64,000 bases of DNA from Patescibacteria group bacterium (lineage in GTDB: Bacteria; Patescibacteriota; Patescibacteriia; Patescibacteriales; BM507): positions 9,499 through 73,498 of the forward strand of contig JAQIDC010000072.1 in NCBI GenBank assembly GCA_027858235.1. The letters run 5' to 3'. Below, piece by piece: positions 57,950-64,000 of this stretch. The notes beneath the pieces were generated by a model. That model was not told the DNA's origin. It did no database searches and saw nothing but the letters and a program-made list of their open reading frames with translations. Position numbers and translations under genes: made by a program. Every line of letters begins with the position of its first letter. The first letter of the stretch is position 1.

Positions 57950-58712
57950 CCTCGTAATTTCTTACGGAATGATCATTGTCGCGATAAAAGACAGATTCAT
58001 ATCGAATCTTCTCACCATCTTCATGTATCATCCATGGTGTATCAGTATGTGAATAAGCACTTAACTCTTTGGCAGATTTGCCTGCAAGACGAGATAAAAC
58101 ATCATCGATATGTGATGTCTCCTGAGCTGACAAATTCTTTAAGTTGGCGGACTTTAAGGGTAGATATTTTTTTTGCTCGTACTGAAAATGTTTTGACTTT
58201 ATCATTTCTAGTTCACCATCTTTCTGCATTTTATCAACTATTTTTTTAAACTCCACTGGCGTTGGACCGTAATGATTTTTTATATAAGTTGCGCCCATTA
58301 AGTTTTCTTCAAACTTCTCGTAATAATCAAAATCAATAAAATATAGAAGTTTGTAAACAACTGTCTCTCCAACGTTTGGTTTTGCTCCAACTTTCTCTAA
58401 TATATAAAGTAGAACTTGTTTAAACTTTTTCAAATCCTTCTCCTCAACACGAATCTCAATATCTTTGTTAGATTTCTTCTTTTTACTCTCTATTATTTTA
58501 ACTTTTACAGATTCTTCCCTGTTGGCTAAAAGATCCTGTAAGCTCATCCCAAAAAGTCTAGACAATTTCTCCGCTTCAGATATCCTGAGTTCAGTCTCAC
58601 CATTCTCAATCTTTTCATAGGTTGGTCGAGAGACTCCAATTTTCTCTGCAACAAAAGACTGGCTAAAGCCATTCTTTTTTCTTAACTTTTGGACAAGTAG
58701 ATGCTTAATCAT
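57939..58712 (-). CDS. XRE-family HTH + Panacea (DUF4065/SocA-like) domain antitoxin
   Basis: 'LRKKNGFSQSFVAEKIGVSRPTYEKIENGE' HTH_XRE. 'VVYKLLYFIDFDYYEKFEENLMGATYIKNHYGPTPVEF' DUF4065 core. Confidence 0.8.
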   Translation of the reverse strand: MIKHLLVQKLRKKNGFSQSFVAEKIGVSRPTYEKIENGETELRISEAEKLSRLFGMSLQDLLANREESVKVKIIESKKKKSNKDIEIRVEEKDLKKFKQVLLYILEKVGAKPNVGETVVYKLLYFIDFDYYEKFEENLMGATYIKNHYGPTPVEFKKIVDKMQKDGELEMIKSKHFQYEQKKYLPLKSANLKNLSAQETSHIDDVLSRLAGKSAKELSAYSHTDTPWMIHEDGEKIRYESVFYRDNDHSVRNYEDEL

Positions 58713-58740
58713 AAATTTAAACTATTTTTCCTATGACAAT

Positions 58741-58769
58741 ATTATACATAATGTAAAATATTTTGTCAA
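58741..58769 (-). promoter_or_regulatory. consensus sigma70 promoter of the Panacea TA operon
   Basis: Minus strand: TTGACA-17 nt-TATAAT (rc of 58764..58769 and 58741..58746), ~30 nt upstream of the start at 58712. Confidence 0.6.
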
Positions 58770-58929
58770 TATCAATGTAATATTTATTTACATATTAACC
58801 TATCAACATTAGAAAATTATTAAACCCTATTTTTCTTGATTGCTCAACCTCATCAGAGATTTTCTACCTCCTCATAAATATTTAAACTACAGCTAGTTTA
58901 TCTATATTATAATCACAATTCACAATTTA

Positions 58930-59009
58930 AGATTTATACCGTTAAATTATTTCCATTTAACTGGTATTCATACCGTGAAACCCTCTTTGTTTAACTGGTA
59001 CCTGTCCCC
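58930..59009 (-). repeat. cassette repeat copy 5
   Basis: AGATTTATACCGTTAAAT...GTTTAACTGGTACCTGTCCCC. Followed by a C10-T8 homopolymer junction running into the methyltransferase stop codon at 59022. Confidence 0.9.
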
Positions 59010-59021
59010 CCCCCCTTTTTT

Positions 59022-60269
59022 TTATATAAAATCTCTTAATGCTTCTCCTATTTTTTTCACAACCCCAACAACAAGAGCATTCCCCATAATATAGGCTCTC
59101 TTCGTGTCTGGGACACCTTCTGTGTGGTTATCTGGAAACATATTTAATCTCTCTAATTCTATCGGAAGTAATCTTCGTAAACGTCCATTTTTTATTTTAA
59201 TTACATGCTTAAATCTTGAAGGGGATGACCCTCCTTCTCCTGTAACAATTGTTCGAGATGCGTTATTCAAATTATCAGGAAAAATCATTCCACCTTCAGA
59301 ATAGTTATACTCAAAACCATCTTTTGTTTTTCTATTTTCAGTTTTCCCATTTTTTAAATATTTCCAACGCTCAAGGGTGTTTTTCTTAATAAAAAACTCT
59401 TCTGGCACCTCTTTATCATTCACAAGAACGTCTTTTAACATAATCTTTTTACCATCATACTTTGAAGTTACTTTTTTTGTATAAATTTTACTATTAATCA
59501 TTATCCCTGCGTTATGGAAAGGACTAATTTTTGGAGAATCGCTAGAAAAATCCCTTGAAACAATAGCAGGGTCTGCATCTAGAGTAAAAAAATCAACTTC
59601 AACATCATCCTTATTAACAGGGAAACCAGATGCTATTATGCCTTTTGAATTTATCCATTCTTTAGGATTTGTATTTTTAGCTTCTTTATATGCAGTGGTT
59701 CCTTTTTTGTAGGCTAAAATAAAAACTCGTCTTCTTCGTTGAGGAAAACCATATTCTGCTGCATTAATTATTCTCCATTCTACAATGTACCCCAAAGAAG
59801 CTAAAGATGAAAGCATTACTGCAAAGTCTCGTCCTCTTTGTTTAGTTGGAGATTTAAGAAGTCTATCAACATTCTCTAACAATAAAAAATTAGGTGAGTT
59901 TTTACCACTTTTTTTCAAAATATTAAAAATAGACCACCACAAAACACCCTTTTTACCAACTAAACCGTTTGCCTGATTTGCTGTACGTGCAACAGAATAA
60001 TCCTGGCAAGGAAAACCACCGACCAATAAATCGTGTTGTGGTATTGTCTTAAATTTGCTTTTTACAACAAGCTGAATATCTTCACAAGAGTGACCCTCTG
60101 TACCAAAACGTTCTTTATATATATCTGAAGCATGCTGAGTCTTTGTGCTTGGCTCCCATTGGCTATTCCAAACAGTTTGATATTTAATTTTCTTATTACT
60201 TGCTTGGTCAAGGCCTATTCTAAAGCCTCCAACTCCCGCAAATAATTCAACTACTTTTATTGTTTTCAT
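59022..60269 (-). CDS. DNA (cytosine-5) methyltransferase, M.Sau3AI-like
   Basis: Motif I 'ELFAGVGGF', motif IV 'GGFPCQDYS', motif VI 'LLENVDRLL', motif VIII 'QRRRRVFIL', motif X 'GNALVVGV'. Confidence 0.9.
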   Translation of the reverse strand: MKTIKVVELFAGVGGFRIGLDQASNKKIKYQTVWNSQWEPSTKTQHASDIYKERFGTEGHSCEDIQLVVKSKFKTIPQHDLLVGGFPCQDYSVARTANQANGLVGKKGVLWWSIFNILKKSGKNSPNFLLLENVDRLLKSPTKQRGRDFAVMLSSLASLGYIVEWRIINAAEYGFPQRRRRVFILAYKKGTTAYKEAKNTNPKEWINSKGIIASGFPVNKDDVEVDFFTLDADPAIVSRDFSSDSPKISPFHNAGIMINSKIYTKKVTSKYDGKKIMLKDVLVNDKEVPEEFFIKKNTLERWKYLKNGKTENRKTKDGFEYNYSEGGMIFPDNLNNASRTIVTGEGGSSPSRFKHVIKIKNGRLRRLLPIELERLNMFPDNHTEGVPDTKRAYIMGNALVVGVVKKIGEALRDFI

Positions 60270-60326
60270 ATTTTAAAAATTACTATCTATATAATAGCAA
60301 AATTATCAATTTTGATCAAATTTTAA

Positions 60327-61736
60327 CTAACTTATATTTTCTAACACTTTTTGAATATATTTTGCATTCAACCAAAAAGATTTTTTCATCTCTTGCGTTC
60401 CTTGGGGTGTTTCAGCGGTATCCCTAGAATCTTTTCCATGTGGGCGCACATGTGCCACGTCATTATCACTAATCTTTGGTAAGTCCTCATATCGGTCTTC
60501 ATTTATACAATCAATTGTTTTATTCCAGACATCCTCTGCTTCAGACATGTCTTCTATGGGAAAATTCCAAAACAAAAATTTCTTGAATACAATTTCTTCA
60601 CTGCCCTTTTGTTTTTGAAATACAGCAAATAAAAATCGCTTTGTTTCTAGTTGCGCGTGAAATTCACTCATTTCCTCCTCTTCTTCGTCATACCAAACTT
60701 GCGTTACTAAATCCTTATAGTCAAAAGCAGGGAACGACAATGATTCTGTAAGTACTCCAGTGTGTTCCAAGGTAATTGCCTTAAGTGTAATATTCGCTTT
60801 TTCTAACTCTTCAATCCTATTTGATTTAACTCCAAGCATTCTGTTTACCAATAATCGTTTCCATTGTTTTGGTTCTTTCTTAAGATCCCATTTTACAGCT
60901 TTCTTTATTTCGGTATCAGTTTTTCCAATGAATTGTGCAAATTTTTCTTTCACAACGTCTTCAACAGTAGCCAGCCGTCGCTTTTTTTTAAAGATTGACT
61001 CAGTGCTAATATCTTTTCCAAGCAACTCTTTTTGGATTAAGAAATTAAGATATTGTTGTTTAAAAGAAAAAGCTCTTGGCTTAGCAGGTGTCCTCGCCAT
61101 AGGCTGGTCGCGCACAACTCTACTATTTGCAGCTTTCGTGCAAGCTCCCAAGTAATATGTATCTCCTTCAGACAATAAATGTGCCTCTCCTCGTTTTATT
61201 TTTCCAACAATATATTCCCAGTCTTTTTGTATTTGGTAAATATCTTCCTCGGAAATATCATCGAGTAAATCAAGTAAATGCACAAACTTAAATTTATAGT
61301 CTAGGATGTCTTGCTCTTTAAGCCACAGATAGAACATTAACAAAAGAACTTTGTTCTTCTTGAGAAATGAGCTTGTCTCCCACGATTCATTAATCACCTC
61401 ATCATAGTTAATCATTGAAAAAACAAGTCTTTCCTTTGAAACATATTTTTTCACCGCATGCGCTTTGAGTGGGTTTGTCTTTAATTCTATTCCCGCAATT
61501 TTGAAATCTGCCTCTGCTCTATTATTAACATCCAAACCAAATACAAACTCTTCCACCAACTCACCGAGAAGACCCTTTCTTCGGCTTCCATATTTCAAAA
61601 GTCTTTGCTCAATTTCTTCTAGGTCAACTCCATCGTCAGACATTACTGAACGCAAAGATCGCCCAAGAATTTTTTGAGCTTCGGTAAGTACTGATTCTTT
61701 TGTGGTGTATGTTTTAGTCATTATTACTCTTTCCAT
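60327..61736 (-). CDS. Sau3AI/MutH-family type II restriction endonuclease
   Basis: MutH-type catalytic block 'EADFKIAGIELKTNPLK' (D...E.K), 'SKERLVFSMINYDEV', 'EAHLLSEGDTYYLGACTKAAN', and a C-terminal 'HVRPHGKDSRDT'. Length ~470 aa, as for two-domain Sau3AI. Confidence 0.8.
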   Translation of the reverse strand: MERVIMTKTYTTKESVLTEAQKILGRSLRSVMSDDGVDLEEIEQRLLKYGSRRKGLLGELVEEFVFGLDVNNRAEADFKIAGIELKTNPLKAHAVKKYVSKERLVFSMINYDEVINESWETSSFLKKNKVLLLMFYLWLKEQDILDYKFKFVHLLDLLDDISEEDIYQIQKDWEYIVGKIKRGEAHLLSEGDTYYLGACTKAANSRVVRDQPMARTPAKPRAFSFKQQYLNFLIQKELLGKDISTESIFKKKRRLATVEDVVKEKFAQFIGKTDTEIKKAVKWDLKKEPKQWKRLLVNRMLGVKSNRIEELEKANITLKAITLEHTGVLTESLSFPAFDYKDLVTQVWYDEEEEEMSEFHAQLETKRFLFAVFQKQKGSEEIVFKKFLFWNFPIEDMSEAEDVWNKTIDCINEDRYEDLPKISDNDVAHVRPHGKDSRDTAETPQGTQEMKKSFWLNAKYIQKVLENIS

Positions 61737-63460
61737 TTTTTAATAATCTCTTCAAACTGAACTTCTTTCCATTTTTCTTTCCATTTTTCTAAATATTTCA
61801 CATCATTTGATGATGGCTGTCTGTCTTCATCACATTTTTCTATTTTAACCAAAGAAGGCATTATAATTGATTCTCCAAGTAAAAGACCCTCGCCAGATTG
61901 TAATGACGGCAAATTATCAATCAAATTTCCAAGTGTGTCAGGCAACAATCTTTTCACATAATTTTGATCGGTTGGATTTGTTAGCCTCATGGCAATGAAA
62001 TTATTACATTGAGAAAAAATAGTTTCTGATATTTCAGATGGTCTTTGGCTCACAATTCCTAGTGTTACTCCATATTTTCTTCCTTCTTTAGCTATTCTTT
62101 CAATAGCATTTCTAGATGCTCTAAATTTTGCAGAATCATTTTTGGGCACATACTTATGCGCTTCCTCATACACAAGCAATAATGGAGTTTCTAAATCAAT
62201 ACCATCATTTAAATATTTTTTATAGAAATATCCATAATCGAACAGTATTCTTGAGATTAAAGAAACTGTAATACTAAGAACTTCAAAAGGAACCCCACTT
62301 AGATCAATGACTGTTACATTCGATTTATTGGCATCTTTATATCCAATAAATTGTTTAATAGCATTTTCAAAAGAAATACTTTTTGAATTATTCCCTAATA
62401 AAAATTCAAATCTCTTGTCATTTAATTTATTTTCTAATCTACTTACAAAATTTGTTAATTGTCCGTACAAACTTCCTTGCACTGTTTTTGGCTGACCTTT
62501 TTTGACACCAGAGGCATATACCTCCCCTGTATCAATAGTTTCATTATTTTTATTTTGAGCAAACTCCAAAACTTTTTGAATATCAAATGGAACAGGAGAA
62601 TCATAATGGATTTTCTCCTTTCTGTTGCTAAATGCTTCATCGCTTTCATCTTTTTCCGATATTAAGCCGTCTTTTTTATTAATTACGATCGATTCCTTAA
62701 AAACATTTTTTTGATTGTGGTCGTTAGCTTCTGTATCAATAAAAAGTTCTTCTAATTCTTCACTATTAAGCAACCAGTAAGGCAGGGTCAGATTGTTAAT
62801 ATTCAAAAAATTAGCCTCTGGGAAAGCTGTTTTGTATTCATTGTGAATATCAAATACGACAATATGAGAGTTATTTAATTCAAATTCACCATTTTTCTCT
62901 GCGATAGCTTTTTGTATAATTTTAGCGATCGTATGTGATTTTCCTGAACCGCTGGATCCGACAATTGCGAAATGCTTATTAAAAAATTTATTTCCATTTA
63001 CTGGAACCTCAATATTTCCATCTTGAACTAATTTTGCAAATAAGAATTTCTCTTCTGGCTTAAATCCATTTTCATAAATTAATTTTATATTAGCCTCACT
63101 TGCTGGCTTAACTTCTGTAGGGGGGATAGTTAAAGCATCACCACCTCTTACAAATTTTTCATCAGTAATCGTACCAAGCGGGCTGGCTTCAAGAACATAA
63201 GCATTGTAGACCTCTTTTACCTTGCTTCCTTGACCATCTTCAACGACTCTTTCTTTAAGTTCTATTTGGTAACTTTCAATAATAGCAATAAGCACGCACC
63301 CGTCATTGTCAGAAATTTCAAGATAAGACCCAATTTTTAGATCTCCAAGAGCATCATCTATACTATCTTTAAAAGCCGTCAAATTTTCGACTTCGATTTT
63401 TACTTTGTTAGGATAAACAGAAGTTACAAAGGCTAATTTTTCATCTGTAGAATTTGGCAT
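61724..63460 (-). CDS. herA: HerA-like (DUF87) hexameric ATPase
   Basis: N-terminal HAS-barrel-like segment. Walker A 'IVGSSGSGKSHT', Walker B 'LLLVYEEAHKYVP', and 'RKYGVTLGIVSQRPSEISETIFSQCNNFIAMRL'. The stop overlaps the endonuclease start by 13 nt. Confidence 0.85.
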   Translation of the reverse strand: MPNSTDEKLAFVTSVYPNKVKIEVENLTAFKDSIDDALGDLKIGSYLEISDNDGCVLIAIIESYQIELKERVVEDGQGSKVKEVYNAYVLEASPLGTITDEKFVRGGDALTIPPTEVKPASEANIKLIYENGFKPEEKFLFAKLVQDGNIEVPVNGNKFFNKHFAIVGSSGSGKSHTIAKIIQKAIAEKNGEFELNNSHIVVFDIHNEYKTAFPEANFLNINNLTLPYWLLNSEELEELFIDTEANDHNQKNVFKESIVINKKDGLISEKDESDEAFSNRKEKIHYDSPVPFDIQKVLEFAQNKNNETIDTGEVYASGVKKGQPKTVQGSLYGQLTNFVSRLENKLNDKRFEFLLGNNSKSISFENAIKQFIGYKDANKSNVTVIDLSGVPFEVLSITVSLISRILFDYGYFYKKYLNDGIDLETPLLLVYEEAHKYVPKNDSAKFRASRNAIERIAKEGRKYGVTLGIVSQRPSEISETIFSQCNNFIAMRLTNPTDQNYVKRLLPDTLGNLIDNLPSLQSGEGLLLGESIIMPSLVKIEKCDEDRQPSSNDVKYLEKWKEKWKEVQFEEIIKKWKE

Positions 63461-63470
63461 AATGTTGGGG

Positions 63471-64000
63471 TTAAAGAATAAATTTTATATCTGATATGTT
63501 TTTTATTTGTATCTCTACATTTTTTATATTTGGTTGATTCGTAATACTTTCACTTATAAAAAACTGATAGATTTCTTTCGGTTTTGCGAAACTCTCACTT
63601 ATCAAGCTATTTAATATATCTTCATTATTAACTAGTTTTAAGCAAAGATTATTATGTATTGTAGAATCTTCTTTTATAGAGACTAAAGAAAAAGGAGCGC
63701 CAGAAAAATCAAAACCATCCTTAAAAATAATTTTCTCATCTAATAACTCCTTTTTTAATTGTATTAGGTTTTCTTCAGAGATACCTTTTAAGAATATATA
63801 CGGTGCAGGAGATTTTATTCTCTCAAATTTCCATGTTCCTGACTTATTATAGAATTTATCTTTAATTTTAAAAATAACTTCTTTTATCTCTGCGATACCT
63901 TCATTTCCACATAACTCGACTATCAAAAATCGTTCAATATAATCTATATTTCTATTGGAAAAATGTTGTTTTTTAATAAACTTGAAATAACCCTCATCTC
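63471..64000 (-). CDS. C-terminal part of the HerA partner protein (5' end outside the window)
   Basis: The frame is open from 63471 to the window edge; the 'M' at 63926 in the track is only a TTG inside the open frame. Stop lies 10 nt before the herA start. No motif recognised in the visible ~176 aa. Confidence 0.6.
   Translation of the reverse strand, partial: DEGYFKFIKKQHFSNRNIDYIERFLIVELCGNEGIAEIKEVIFKIKDKFYNKSGTWKFERIKSPAPYIFLKGISEENLIQLKKELLDEKIIFKDGFDFSGAPFSLVSIKEDSTIHNNLCLKLVNNEDILNSLISESFAKPKEIYQFFISESITNQPNIKNVEIQIKNISDIKFIL

Larger units (their letters stand above)
51740..59009 (-). mobile_element. repeat-punctuated gene-cassette array (integron-like / recombination-module-like); may extend beyond 64000
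   Basis: Five intact copies and one decayed copy of one ~80-nt repeat, all co-oriented, each directly 3' of an ORF or ORF group. Cargo is accessory or defence-type. No recombinase is visible in the window. Confidence 0.5.

Noticed and set aside
51740-59009. Calling the repeats canonical integron attC sites
   Set aside because: On the coding (minus) strand the boxes occur as GTTAAAC ... GTTAAAT-7 nt-ATTTAAC. That places the GTTRRRY-like boxes first and the RYYYAAC-like box last, only 7 nt from its partner. A canonical attC has the opposite order, R''(RYYYAAC)-L''...L'-R'(GTTRRRY), with R'' and R' at the two ends. No intI or attI is visible. I therefore describe them only as integron-like.
51740-59009. 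CRISPR array
   Set aside because: The repeats are ~80 nt and are separated by 0.8-3 kb of protein-coding sequence. No cas genes are present.
11412-62649. Same-strand overlapping ORFs in alternative frames (11412..11606, 11997..12281, 18407..18589, 30473..30744, 53070..53276, 54812..54994, 56414..56638, 62455..62649)
   Set aside because: Each lies inside a longer ORF that has recognisable motifs or better context. None has independent support.

Overview
AT-rich, gene-dense bacterial chromosome segment. Almost every gene is on the minus strand; only 30459..32482 is plus. The gene content looks like a Patescibacteria/CPR-type genome, but this is inference only. The supporting features are many small pilins with a type IV pilus machine, gatC/gatA split by a four-helix-bundle 'IVS protein' gene, small toxin-antitoxin pairs and almost no biosynthesis genes.

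Core region, 1-51.3 kb: two nucleotidyltransferase-type TA-like pairs; tRNA-Ser(GGA) next to an odd tRNA-like fragment; gatA/gatC; ligA; minor pilins and pilD; and a surface-glycan cluster (3x GT2, FkbM, acetyltransferase, Wzm/Wzt-like ABC exporter, ligase-TPR protein). It continues with the major pilin, pilC-pilT-receiver-pilB-pilO/N-like-pilM, comF, a Memo-CapA fusion, tyrS and a DUF2779 protein. Further on are a T-box leader in front of an uncharacterised 266-aa ORF, a PIF1-type helicase, a GH13 sucrose-phosphorylase-like enzyme, an M16 peptidase and ftsK.

Accessory island, 51.7-64 kb: ORFs are packed as cassettes, each followed by a conserved ~80-nt repeat (5 intact copies plus 1 decayed copy). 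The repeat has the layout of a site-specific recombination site. Cargo includes a SAM methyltransferase, hypotheticals, an HExxH fragment, an hsdR remnant cut off at a repeat, a Bro-N/Fic protein, an AbrB-like pair, and an XRE-Panacea antitoxin with a small toxin. It also carries a HerA-ATPase operon whose end overlaps a Sau3AI/MutH-like endonuclease gene followed by a C5 methyltransferase.

Between the array and ftsK lies a consensus promoter plus a 23-bp terminator unit (~210 nt) with no ORF, a candidate ncRNA or leader. No rRNA, CRISPR array or recognisable transposase/integrase is visible in the window.
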